64,000 nucleotides of DNA, taken from NCBI GenBank assembly GCA_050246315.1, contig JBFWWG010000004.1:64001-128000 (forward strand), read 5' to 3'. Origin of the DNA: Nitrospiraceae bacterium (GTDB taxonomy: Bacteria > Nitrospirota > Nitrospiria > Nitrospirales > Nitrospiraceae). Positions within the stretch are counted from its first letter, which is position 1. Each line of letters begins with the position of its first letter. The notes beneath the pieces were generated by a model, which was given only the letters and a program-made list of their open reading frames with translations, made no database searches and was not told the origin of the DNA. Below, piece after piece: positions 20,845 to 30,078 of this stretch. Both the position numbers and the translations under genes were made by a program.

Positions 20845-22791
20845 TTAGTGGCCACCCACTGGCTGCGGGGCTCCTCCTGGAGCCGGGGCCTTTGCCTCAA
20901 CCGGCGCAGCCTTCTTTGTCAGTGACCCGACCCAAAAGACGAAAAGAATACTGATCCAGAAGAACAACACGTTGGCGGAGATCATGTTGGCACCAAACCC
21001 GACCGTATGCGTATAGGCCCACGGGGAGTTGTCACGCATGACCTCATTGACGTGCCAGAACAACCGGACGGACGAGCGGATATAACCCATCAGTCCCATC
21101 ATCCAGGTAAACGCTGTCGCCAACATGATCAGGGCATACTGAGAGCGCGCCGAGATCTTGCCCCACTCCACAGCCCCCATCTGCTTGGCCCCCTTAAGCA
21201 TGACGAGGTTGAGCGCCCCCATCATGAACAGACAGGACAGTGTCGTTGCGACCTGAGGAACTGATAGGCCGACTCGGACGTTGGCGGGAATGTAGTAACC
21301 GTACACGGCTAGCCAGACGATGTTGAAGTAGGCGAAGAAGAAAAACACCCCCATGAAGATGTTCCCGAACTTCGACCATGACACCGTGGAAACCTTGTTC
21401 CCCCGCTGGTACCAGATGAAACTCAGAACAGTAGTCGTAATAATGACGTTAATTCCCCCGTTCTTTGCGGACATGACCCCGTAGTTTCCCAATACGGGAT
21501 GCTGCTGACCGCCCATGGCCTTCAGCTCCGCGGGAGTCATCACCATGGTATGAGGGGTAATGAAAACGGTAAATCCCACGATCAGGAGAAACACCAAGTA
21601 TTTAATGTAGCGGAAGTACTTCTCGGCACCCCTCATCCGTCCCAGCGCCTGCCAGAGATAGTAATTGGTGCTCAAGAATAGGATCCCGATCATGGTTGCC
21701 TGGATGATGAACAACCAAGCCAGAAGACCTCCCATGAGTGTAATTCCCATCTGCTGCCGGTAGGCATACACTTCTCGCATCAGCCAATATCCAGCGAACG
21801 GCAACGGAATCAAGAACGCCACGCCGATCGCCATCGCGACATAGCCCATCCAGTCATAATGCGCACGGTCCTCGTCGGTCTTCGAAGAAAGGAATCGGTA
21901 AGCAGCATACGCCGCTACTACGCCTCCACCGAATGCCATATTGCCGAGGATACGGTGCAGATTGAGCGGGTTCCACAAAGCGGTGTGCAGGACGTGCCAG
22001 ATGTTCCCCAGGAACCGACCCTGCTCGTCAACTCCGGCCGGCGACATCATGAATCCGATCCACGAGTTGGCGAGGAACATAAGCACGGTCCCGATGACGT
22101 TCAAAATGACGGACATACTGAGGTGAATCCACTTGAGGAAACCCGTCTTCATCTTGTCCCAACCGTAGTAATAGATGTAGAGGGTTCCGCTCTCCGCCAC
22201 AAACATCAACGCATAGATATGCATGACGGGACGGAAAATGCTCGAAAGGTAACCAAAAAATGAAGGATAGAGTGTAAGAAATGTAAAGATCAGAATCCCA
22301 CCCAGGATGGCGGTCAGTGAGTAGGCGGTCAAACTGATCTTGATAAAGTCATAGGCCAATTGATCATACTTCTTGGCCATCGCCTTATCTTTCGATACCA
22401 CCCCCACGAACTCGATGATCATGCAGAAGATCGGCACCGCCAGCACGAAGCTGCCGTAGTAGAGATGTTGCTGATTCGCGAACCAGATCAACACCCGACT
22501 CTCAAAGTTGTACCGAGGGTAATCTTTCTCTCCATCAGTCGTCTTGGGCGCGGGAGGACCCGACACAATGCCCTCGACCTTGTAATAAACGTCACGACCC
22601 TTCTCAACCTTTGCCTCCTCCTTCTTATCGCCATCTTTCTTCGCCGCCACCTCGGGCGGAGGACCACCCGCCGCAGGTCCACCACCTCCGGCAAGAGCAG
22701 GAATCGAAGAGATGAGTGGCAGAAGAAGGAGGCCAACCATGGCGCCCAGCGCCATGATCGACAGAATTTTTTTTCGCACTACACTGCCCAT
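20845..22791 (-). CDS. Cytochrome bd subunit I-like (CydA-like, 'bd-like') oxidase subunit, paralog 1
   Basis: QQHLYYGSFVLAVP, ANSWIGFMMSPAG, NLHR, GYIRSSVRLFWHV; many TM helices; start ATG 22791 (AAGGAGG RBS). Confidence 0.85.
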   Translation of the reverse strand: MGSVVRKKILSIMALGAMVGLLLLPLISSIPALAGGGGPAAGGPPPEVAAKKDGDKKEEAKVEKGRDVYYKVEGIVSGPPAPKTTDGEKDYPRYNFESRVLIWFANQQHLYYGSFVLAVPIFCMIIEFVGVVSKDKAMAKKYDQLAYDFIKISLTAYSLTAILGGILIFTFLTLYPSFFGYLSSIFRPVMHIYALMFVAESGTLYIYYYGWDKMKTGFLKWIHLSMSVILNVIGTVLMFLANSWIGFMMSPAGVDEQGRFLGNIWHVLHTALWNPLNLHRILGNMAFGGGVVAAYAAYRFLSSKTDEDRAHYDWMGYVAMAIGVAFLIPLPFAGYWLMREVYAYRQQMGITLMGGLLAWLFIIQATMIGILFLSTNYYLWQALGRMRGAEKYFRYIKYLVFLLIVGFTVFITPHTMVMTPAELKAMGGQQHPVLGNYGVMSAKNGGINVIITTTVLSFIWYQRGNKVSTVSWSKFGNIFMGVFFFFAYFNIVWLAVYGYYIPANVRVGLSVPQVATTLSCLFMMGALNLVMLKGAKQMGAVEWGKISARSQYALIMLATAFTWMMGLMGYIRSSVRLFWHVNEVMRDNSPWAYTHTVGFGANMISANVLFFWISILFVFWVGSLTKKAAPVEAKAPAPGGAPQPVGGH

Positions 22792-22861
22792 GGCTAACCT
22801 CCTTGAAAAAAATCCAATGTGCACGAATCCCGGAGATCCTCTCATGACACTAATACTTAAT

Positions 22862-23065
22862 TTAGTTGCGGAAGAGGTACCAGTAATCCAACCCCTGCAT
22901 GTCCATGAGATAGTGATCCACCAATGTGAAATAGGAGAGCGCAATGAGCACGGACACCACAACGGCGAAGACCGTATTGTTCAACAGTGCTTTGGACTTG
23001 GCTCCTACGAACAGAAGCACAAACCCCGCGATCAACGTCGCAAGCCAAAAGTATGGACTTGTCAT
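22862..23065 (-). CDS. Small two-TM membrane protein (67 aa)
   Basis: AGGAGG RBS, two hydrophobic helices, directly upstream of the CydA-like gene. Confidence 0.8.
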   Translation of the reverse strand: MTSPYFWLATLIAGFVLLFVGAKSKALLNNTVFAVVVSVLIALSYFTLVDHYLMDMQGLDYWYLFRN

Positions 23066-23156
23066 CGCCCGATCCTCCTAAAATCTGGATAATAGAAACG
23101 TAAAATGGCCATGTCGCTCGTTCACTCATCCGCCATTCGAATCGGATCAACTGGAC

Positions 23157-23279
23157 CTAACAGGGACATTGAATTCCGGCGAACCAATAAAAGAACCACA
23201 GACCTACGGCCATCGTGACATAGAAAATCATCTTCCCAAGCTTTATTTTCCACTCTGGATCTTGAGCAACTTCGGCCAT
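23157..23279 (-). CDS. Small single-TM protein (40 aa) ending in CPC
   Basis: Not in ORF track: MAEVAQDPEWKIKLGKMIFYVTMAVGLWFFYWFAGIQCPC*; GAGGAG RBS upstream; first ORF after the 23429-23457 promoter. Confidence 0.75.
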   Translation of the reverse strand: MAEVAQDPEWKIKLGKMIFYVTMAVGLWFFYWFAGIQCPC

Positions 23280-23398
23280 GGTTCACATCTCCTCTTCAAG
23301 TGATGGCTAACAGCTTTTCATCCTAAGGTTTTGCCTTGACACACCACGAGGCAAGTGCTAAGGGAATCACGCGATATTCATTCGGTAAGGGGAAACAA

Positions 23399-23506
23399 AT
23401 GGGTGAAAAAAGTTCAAAATTGTTTGACATTATAGTTTTGGCCGGCATGGTTGTCAATATCATTTTGGCCGTGTTTCTCATCCTCTACTACTTTGATATT
23501 CTGTGA
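23399..23506 (+). CDS. Small single-TM protein (35 aa), antisense to the FGE gene tail
   Basis: Not in ORF track: MGEKSSKLFDIIVLAGMVVNIILAVFLILYYFDIL*; AAGGGG RBS; TTGACA near 23337 upstream. Confidence 0.6.
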   Translation: MGEKSSKLFDIIVLAGMVVNIILAVFLILYYFDIL

Positions 23507-24412
23507 TTTTTCTACGCCTTTCCTTTCTTGATCGCCACCCCATTTTCCGTTGACGGCGCACCGAAATCCGATGGTCTCGTCCCTAAAGTCAGGGACCATT
23601 TTGTTCCGGCTCGTCAGCCTCAAGTCTCCCCCTGTCGTCGTATAACTACCCCCTCTGAGAACGCGGAACATGCCATACTCCGGGCTGGGAGGATTCTTCT
23701 CCTGCGAATCCTTGTAGGCGGTTTCCAGATACCAATCCGACACCCATTCCATCACATTGCCGGCTCCATCCATCACCCCATAGGGGCTACGATCTTCCTG
23801 AAATGATCCTGCCGGAGCCGTTACTTCAGCCCCATCCTGTATCCGAGCCCAATTGGCGCTTCCAGGTCGTTCGTCGTCCCCCCAGGGCCACAGCCGCCCG
23901 TCAGATCCACGCATGGCCTTTTCCCATTCCGCTTCGCTTGGGAGACGCTGACCTTTCCAGGCGCAATAGGCTTGTGCGTCGTCATAGGATACATAGACCA
24001 CCGGTTGGTTCGCGGAACGCATCCGCCCCATATTCTTGGCATAGCGGGAAGGCGGCCCAGCTTTTCGATGTCCGGCGGCTGCGACGAAAGCCTCGTATTG
24101 ATGGTTGGTGACTTCATATCGATCGATCGAGAAACCGTCCAGGAAGATTTCTCGCTGCGGCGCCTCATCAAAACCACCGTGATCATATCCACGAATGAAC
24201 GGGCCGGGAGGAATGTAGACCATGTCTTCCTTGATAGGTATCTCTCCCTGTCCCATGTCCTGAGAGGACCGTACTGAGGAAGAATGATCCGAGGGGCCTT
24301 CGACAGTTTCAAAAGGGGTCAAGGAAGTGCCGCGGAGAATCCCCATGATCGGAAGCCCGGCAAATACGAGAACCGCGATGAGTATCGCGACCTTGAATCT
24401 CGTTTCGAGCAT
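23414..24412 (-). CDS. Membrane-anchored FGE-sulfatase (SUMF1)-fold protein
   Basis: N-terminal TM, EVTN, RLPSEAEWEKA, GNVMEW, RGGSY, IGFRCA. Confidence 0.9.
   Translation of the reverse strand: MLETRFKVAILIAVLVFAGLPIMGILRGTSLTPFETVEGPSDHSSSVRSSQDMGQGEIPIKEDMVYIPPGPFIRGYDHGGFDEAPQREIFLDGFSIDRYEVTNHQYEAFVAAAGHRKAGPPSRYAKNMGRMRSANQPVVYVSYDDAQAYCAWKGQRLPSEAEWEKAMRGSDGRLWPWGDDERPGSANWARIQDGAEVTAPAGSFQEDRSPYGVMDGAGNVMEWVSDWYLETAYKDSQEKNPPSPEYGMFRVLRGGSYTTTGGDLRLTSRNKMVPDFRDETIGFRCAVNGKWGGDQERKGVEKSQNIKVVEDEKHGQNDIDNHAGQNYNVKQF
23429..23457 (-). promoter_or_regulatory. Perfect-consensus sigma70 promoter for the small-protein/CydA-like/cytochrome c/NxrC-like operon
   Basis: TTGACA (23457-23452), 17-nt spacer, TATAAT (23434-23429). 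Confidence 0.8.
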
Positions 24413-24442
24413 GATTCCACCCGAAGCGAAGTCGCCTCGGCC

Positions 24443-25366
24443 TTACGACTTCTGAGAACCGGCCGCTGACTTTTCTCCATCCTGCGCGCAGCGGAATCCG
24501 ATTGAACTGTCCGTTCTCCACATTTTGGCCTGAAAGCGTTTCGCAATCCGCGCTCCATGTGCCGTCTCTCTCCAAGACCCGCCGCGAATCACCTTATGCT
24601 CCCCTTCAGCAGGTCCTTGAGGATCTCGAAAGGGAGATTTTCCGTAGTAGTGTTCGTCATAGGTATCGGCCACCCACTCGGCCACGTTGCCGGTCATGTC
24701 GTAAAGCCCGTATGGACTTCGGCCCGCCTCAAATGAACCAGGAGGCGCAAGATACTTGAAGCCATCTTCGACTCCATCCAGATTGGCGCGGTGAGACCCA
24801 AATTCATCTCCCCATGGGTACCGGCGACGCCCTTCACCGCGAGCAGCCTTCTCCCACTCCGCTTCTGTCGGGAGACGCTTCCCCGCCCATTTGCAATAGG
24901 CGGCCGCATCTGGCCAGGACATTCCGATGGCCGGCAATTCCGGCTTGGTGATCTTCGCAATATCGTCCTCAAACACCGGAATGAAAGGTTTCCCGCGTTT
25001 CGTCATCTTGACGTATTGCTCGTACTCCCTTTGGGTGATCTCTTTTTGGTCGATGTAATAGGTACTCAGGTAGATCTGATGCTCCGGCCCCTCGTCCGGG
25101 TCGCCATCCATACTACCCATTCGGAACGGGCCTTCGGGGATTTGCACCATCTCGCGCCCATCTTCGCCGACCATTGTCTTGTACATCGAATAGTCCTGCG
25201 TGGAGACGGTCGGTACGACTTGCGCCTCCTCCTTCTTGAGCTGAGCCAGCGCTTCCTCGCGCGCTTTCTTGTTGTCATACGATTGACTCATCAGACCGAT
25301 AATCATCAGAAAGAATGACCCGAAGACAAAGATAATCGATCCGATCAGGACCTTGTTATTATCCAT
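24443..25366 (-). CDS. Membrane-anchored FGE-sulfatase (SUMF1)-fold protein
   Basis: N-terminal TM, RLPTEAEWEKAARG, DMTGNVAEW, RGGSW, IGFRCA. Confidence 0.9.
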   Translation of the reverse strand: MDNNKVLIGSIIFVFGSFFLMIIGLMSQSYDNKKAREEALAQLKKEEAQVVPTVSTQDYSMYKTMVGEDGREMVQIPEGPFRMGSMDGDPDEGPEHQIYLSTYYIDQKEITQREYEQYVKMTKRGKPFIPVFEDDIAKITKPELPAIGMSWPDAAAYCKWAGKRLPTEAEWEKAARGEGRRRYPWGDEFGSHRANLDGVEDGFKYLAPPGSFEAGRSPYGLYDMTGNVAEWVADTYDEHYYGKSPFRDPQGPAEGEHKVIRGGSWRETAHGARIAKRFQAKMWRTDSSIGFRCAQDGEKSAAGSQKS

Positions 25367-25424
25367 CGCAATTGCCCTTCAACCGTCACGCCTTCGTACC
25401 TGGAGCAGCTCTCTCGGAAGGCAA

Positions 25425-25784
25425 TCATCCATTCGGCGCCGGCGGCTCTGTTGAGGCCGCCTCTCGCTTCCGTTCAGCCCAGGCATCCAACAACATGGAA
25501 ATCTGCACACCCAGGAAACCGCCCATCGCGGCTCCCGCACCGGCCCCGACAGACATGCGGTCCGCACCGGCAACCAGCCACGCGAGAAGCCCGCCCAGCA
25601 GGCTACCGATCAGAATGCTCACGAGAAACCGCCGCCCGCCAAGCAGCCCCACAACAGTGCCCAACGCTACGCCGAGGCCGGCAGCGACCGGGAGGGACAC
25701 GTCTCCCATGTTGAGCCCGATCAGCACCCCCACCGTTCCCATCACGGTGATGCCCAGAACCACATCGATGATCTTTCCGCTCAC
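25425..25784 (-). CDS. Glycine-rich (glycine-zipper) membrane protein
   Basis: 119 aa, about 4 hydrophobic GxxxG-rich helices; co-oriented in the cluster. Confidence 0.75.
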   Translation of the reverse strand: MSGKIIDVVLGITVMGTVGVLIGLNMGDVSLPVAAGLGVALGTVVGLLGGRRFLVSILIGSLLGGLLAWLVAGADRMSVGAGAGAAMGGFLGVQISMLLDAWAERKREAASTEPPAPNG

Positions 25785-25829
25785 CGGGGACTCGCTTATT
25801 CACATTCGGTCGGCCACAGCCGAAGCCCC

Positions 25830-26504
25830 CTATCGGGCCTTGGCCACAATCGAGCCAAAATCAATCTCCACACCAGGACCGCTCAAAATCGAAATGCCCC
25901 AGGCCTTCGAGGCGGGCTCGTGTTCGTGAATCCGCTTGAAATCCTCGTAAACATTTACGGTTTCCTCGACCCATTCGCCGATGGGCTTCATTCCCGATTG
26001 GACCACGATCTCCGCGCCGCTGAACATGCTCCCTTCGCTCAGCATACCCTCCGCCTTGGTGGCGCTCCAGATATACTTTGTGAAGACGGGGATGAAAAAG
26101 AAATCGGTATCCAAAGACACGTACAATGTGGCGATGGACTCGGCCGTCGCCGGTGCCTTAACCAACCGCCAGCGCCAGGTCAACAGGGGATAGGCCTTGG
26201 GATCCCAATCGATTTTCTTCTTCTTGATACGCTGATCGGCGTCACGGGCGGCGAGAAATCCGGCGCCCTGTTCATCGTAGACCTTATACGCGCTTCTCGC
26301 TCGCGATTCACTGCGCTGACTCTCGTTTTCCCATAAGCTGGGGAACCCGTCTGCCTCCTTGGCCTGAAACGCTTCCAGAACCAGTTGATCGGCCGCGCGA
26401 CTCTCTCCGCCGGACACCAACCAGCCGACCATCCCTCCCAACAGGACCGCACTGAACAAGAGCGCGGGCTGCGGCCAAGCACATTCTGGCTTCATGTGTA
26501 CCAT
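25830..26504 (-). CDS. Exported protein, DUF3047-like
   Basis: Signal peptide, YPLLTWRWR, KYIWS, GEWVEETVNVYEDF; start moved to 26504 (AGAGG RBS). Confidence 0.7.
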   Translation of the reverse strand: MVHMKPECAWPQPALLFSAVLLGGMVGWLVSGGESRAADQLVLEAFQAKEADGFPSLWENESQRSESRARSAYKVYDEQGAGFLAARDADQRIKKKKIDWDPKAYPLLTWRWRLVKAPATAESIATLYVSLDTDFFFIPVFTKYIWSATKAEGMLSEGSMFSGAEIVVQSGMKPIGEWVEETVNVYEDFKRIHEHEPASKAWGISILSGPGVEIDFGSIVAKAR

Positions 26505-26526
26505 GACACCTCTATTGTGAGACTCA

Positions 26527-28392
26527 CTATGTTTCCTGAGACGGAGTCGGGACCCAAGCGGGAGACTTTTCGGAGGCCGCTGTTCGGTCCACAACCGCAG
26601 CCCCCCCCTTCTCACTCAACCAAAATACGAACAGCACCGCGGCCCAGAACACGACCATGTTGAGCGTCACGAATTTTGCCGCAAACCCCAGCGAGGGCGT
26701 GAACGCCCATGGCGACACGTCCGGCATCAACTCGCTGACGTGCCAGGCCAGACGGCCTGACGAACGGATGTAGCCCATCAGACCCATAACCCACGTGAAG
26801 GCCGCGGCAATGGCAAATAGCCCGACCATACCGCGATCCGTCATGCGGCCCCATTGAACGGGTCCGTGTGTCACCGCCCCTCGCAACATCGCTCGATTGA
26901 TCAGGGCACCTCCCAGCACAACAGTCAACGTCGTCAACGCCTGTGGACCCGACAAGGCCACCCGGAGACTGGCCGGGAGATAAAATCCATAGATCGACAG
27001 CCAGGTAATGTGTCCCATTCCCAGCAGGTAGAGCACCCCGATCGCCAGATTGCCTTTTCGCACCCAAGACACGGTGATAGTCCGGTTTGCACGGCGATAG
27101 AAGATGTAGCTCAGCCCGGTCAGGCAGATCATCAGATTCACCGCGCCGTTCTTGGCCGACATGACCCCATAGTTGCCGATGACCGGATGCTGGGCCCCAC
27201 CCATCGCCTTCAGCTCACCCGGCGACATCACCACCGTATGCGGCGTCAACCACACCATCACAACGATCATCAAGCCCCACACGAGGAATTGCGTATACTG
27301 CTGATACCGCTCCCCGCCTTTCAATCGCGCAAGACTTTGCCACAGATAGTAGTTGATGCCGAGGAACAGGGCGCCGATCAAGAGCGCCTGCACAACGAAC
27401 AGCCAGGTCAGCAGTCCACCCATCATCGTGACACCCATGCTCTGACGCCAGGCATACACAGACCGCATCAGCCAATACCCGGCAAACGGCATCGGCAACA
27501 ACGCACAGACCGTCACAAACAGAAAGATATAGCCGACCCAATCGTAGTAGGCGCGCTCTTGTGGGTCTTTGGTCGTGAGGAAGCGGTACGACGCATAGGC
27601 CAAAATGACCGCCCCACCCGACATGATGTCGGCCAGGAAGCGGTGGACGTTCAGCGGATTCCACAAAGCGGAATGCAACAGATGCCAGGCATTCCCGAGA
27701 TAGCGACCCTGGGCATCCACACCAGCCGGCGACATCATGAACGCCGCCCAAGAGTTCGCCAGCAATAACAAGGCACCGCCGAACACGTTGGTGACGAGCC
27801 CGATGGTGGCATGGATCCACTTCAACCAGGCCCCGGCGAGATGTTCCCAACTGTAGTAATACACGATCAATAGCAGCGCTTCTCCGGGAAACACGATCGC
27901 GTAGGCCGGCATCAGGGATTTGAAGGTGCCGCCCATGTACTGCATGAAGTGCGGATACAACAGGATGAACAGGGCCAGCATGACGCTCCCGACCAGCGCC
28001 GTTATGGACATCGCCAGCAGCGCGACCCGCGCCAAATCTTTGGCGAGCCGATCATATCTGTCGGACAGTGCCGAATCCCTCACCATCAACCCTAAAAATT
28101 CGATCAACACGCAAAAAATCGGAAGGGCCAGGACGAAGCCGCCAAAGTAGGTGTGTTGTTGCGTGACGAACCAGACGAGTACGCGACTGTCGACCGACGC
28201 GATGGTCGGGTAGGCGATTTCTTCCGCGGCAGGCGCCGGTGGTCCACTGGGCACTCCGGGGGTCTTAAAGAACACGTCTGCGGATTCGGTCGCGGCCGCC
28301 GACGGTTGGAACTCCGCACCGGCGGATGCGACGCCAGCGGCAAGGACGCTCCACAATACGAGTGCGCAGCGGATGAGCCTCGTGCCGTTCAT
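26527..28392 (-). CDS. CydA-like ('bd-like') oxidase subunit, paralog 2
   Basis: QQHTYFGGFVLALP, ANSWAAFMMSPAG, NVHR, GYIRSSGRLAWHV; colinear with paralog 1; ATG 28392 overlaps the upstream TGA. Confidence 0.85.
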   Translation of the reverse strand: MNGTRLIRCALVLWSVLAAGVASAGAEFQPSAAATESADVFFKTPGVPSGPPAPAAEEIAYPTIASVDSRVLVWFVTQQHTYFGGFVLALPIFCVLIEFLGLMVRDSALSDRYDRLAKDLARVALLAMSITALVGSVMLALFILLYPHFMQYMGGTFKSLMPAYAIVFPGEALLLIVYYYSWEHLAGAWLKWIHATIGLVTNVFGGALLLLANSWAAFMMSPAGVDAQGRYLGNAWHLLHSALWNPLNVHRFLADIMSGGAVILAYASYRFLTTKDPQERAYYDWVGYIFLFVTVCALLPMPFAGYWLMRSVYAWRQSMGVTMMGGLLTWLFVVQALLIGALFLGINYYLWQSLARLKGGERYQQYTQFLVWGLMIVVMVWLTPHTVVMSPGELKAMGGAQHPVIGNYGVMSAKNGAVNLMICLTGLSYIFYRRANRTITVSWVRKGNLAIGVLYLLGMGHITWLSIYGFYLPASLRVALSGPQALTTLTVVLGGALINRAMLRGAVTHGPVQWGRMTDRGMVGLFAIAAAFTWVMGLMGYIRSSGRLAWHVSELMPDVSPWAFTPSLGFAAKFVTLNMVVFWAAVLFVFWLSEKGGAAVVDRTAASEKSPAWVPTPSQET

Positions 28393-29498
28393 CGGACCTG
28401 CTCCATGGTCACGCCATGCACGGCCTGATGATCCTCCGGAACCTCCAAAGTCTGAGGCGGCAAGACGGCGCCTCCACCCGCGCCCATCTGTTTCGACAGC
28501 AATCCCGTGACAAAGGGGCAACGCAGTACGGCGGCTGGGACCATGCCCTGCACCCTTGTCTCGAATGACCGGCGCGCGCCCAAGAAATAGGAGTACAGCC
28601 CCATGAGGCCACCGACAGACCCAGCGACCATTGCGAACTGCCAGCCGGCATGAATGGGCCATCCCAAGGCGAAGACCGACAGGCCGTAGACCGCCAGAAA
28701 GTAGGTGGCCGCAAAAGCCAACCCCGGCCACCACCAGAATCTGGCCAGTTCCAGCCAGCCAGTGCGCCGCCACTGCGCCATCCAGTCGGATGATTCGTTC
28801 AATCCGGCGAGAAAGGCGGCGAGCGAGATCGAGCCGGCTGCAAGGGTCGCGACGAGCAGATGGACGAGCGCCGCCGAGTCCTCCGAACCTGTCGAGGCCA
28901 CGGCCAGCGCCAGCAGTCCCGTCGCGGCGGCACCGACAGCCGTCCACCCCATGAGCACGGCCGGCCGCTGCCACAACATTCCTCGCAGACTCGCCCCATT
29001 GGGAAACGTGAGAAACGAACGTCCCTGCGATTCCATCCGTCGAAGGTGGCCGATCTCAAACGCGTCACGGGCGACGGCCGTATTGGGGATGATGATCGCC
29101 ATCATAGCCGGCCCCTCCGGGTGAGTCAGGAAATCATAGTGCACCGCCACCTGCAAGAGAGCCAGCACCAGCAATGACAGTTGAACCGCGTACACAAATC
29201 CGATCCATCCAAGCAGCCAGATCCAGCGGCCTGGACGTTCGGCACGGGACAAGTCGGACCAGGCCACCCGCCGCCCGGCGGCATAACAGACTCCGGCGGT
29301 CACGATCCCCAGGCTCCCGCTCGTGGCCAGCAAGGGCACCGCCTCGGATAAGGGAACAACATGCGACAAGGCTCGATAGGCCGCAAAGATGACGAGCCCT
29401 GCCACGAACATCACGATCCGCTTCCTGGAGCGGACGGCCGGTTCCGTCACAGTCAGACTGAGTTGGGGCAGAACACGAAGCGCAAGGCGATGCAACAT
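28389..29498 (-). CDS. Polytopic membrane protein of unknown function
   Basis: 369 aa, about 8 hydrophobic segments; translationally coupled to CydA-like paralog 2. Confidence 0.8.
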   Translation of the reverse strand: MLHRLALRVLPQLSLTVTEPAVRSRKRIVMFVAGLVIFAAYRALSHVVPLSEAVPLLATSGSLGIVTAGVCYAAGRRVAWSDLSRAERPGRWIWLLGWIGFVYAVQLSLLVLALLQVAVHYDFLTHPEGPAMMAIIIPNTAVARDAFEIGHLRRMESQGRSFLTFPNGASLRGMLWQRPAVLMGWTAVGAAATGLLALAVASTGSEDSAALVHLLVATLAAGSISLAAFLAGLNESSDWMAQWRRTGWLELARFWWWPGLAFAATYFLAVYGLSVFALGWPIHAGWQFAMVAGSVGGLMGLYSYFLGARRSFETRVQGMVPAAVLRCPFVTGLLSKQMGAGGGAVLPPQTLEVPEDHQAVHGVTMEQVR

Positions 29499-29510
29499 AA
29501 GGAACCCCGC

Positions 29511-30026
29511 TCAGGCTTTCTGCGCCATTCCGAAATACTTGGCCTTCACTTCTTCCATCAAGGCCACCGACACACTGGAAAGACCGCGATCGGCGGCCGT
29601 CCGCTCCAACTCAAGCCGGGCCATGGCGCGTATCGGAGCCGGCACGCGCTCGAGCCGTTGACGGGCCTCCGGATCCCAGGTCACGGCCATTCCCTGTCCG
29701 GCCTCGACGAACACATCATAGGTGACGACACGGTGCTGTGCCGCGCGCGCGTAACGCTCCACCTCCGGCTTCAACAAATCCTGTACGTAAGGTGGGCATC
29801 GATCCAGACGATGTTTCGCATCATCGCTCCAGACCAGCCGATCGATCCATCCGGACAGGTTGCCAGATGTCGGATCGGCTGGAATATCGACCCCGACCCG
29901 CAACCCGCAGCCTACGCATTCGGACCGGACGAACCAAGTCGGTTCGCTTGCCTCGCCGAGCCGCTCCTCGACTCCCTGCGTATGCATCCACCGTCCGCAT
30001 CCGCAGATCAACATGACGTCCTCCAA
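29511..30026 (-). CDS. PCP_red (BchB C-terminal-like) tandem-domain protein with N-terminal Cys4
   Basis: CGCG...CVGC, then two W-x3-A-x2-RL-x2-P repeats (WSDDAKHRLDRCPPYV, WDPEARQRLERVPAPIR). Confidence 0.75.
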   Translation of the reverse strand: MEDVMLICGCGRWMHTQGVEERLGEASEPTWFVRSECVGCGLRVGVDIPADPTSGNLSGWIDRLVWSDDAKHRLDRCPPYVQDLLKPEVERYARAAQHRVVTYDVFVEAGQGMAVTWDPEARQRLERVPAPIRAMARLELERTAADRGLSSVSVALMEEVKAKYFGMAQKA

Positions 30027-30078
30027 CCAACCCCTTTAATCGGCAATCGGCGTCCTCTAGCCGGTCATGCACCGGGCA

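Noticed and set aside
22792..22962. ORF-track N-terminal extensions (also 28393-28974, 30796-31038, 26505-26615, 60670-60711)
   Set aside because: They overlap better-supported neighbouring genes or promoters; downstream starts have RBSs or stop/start coupling.
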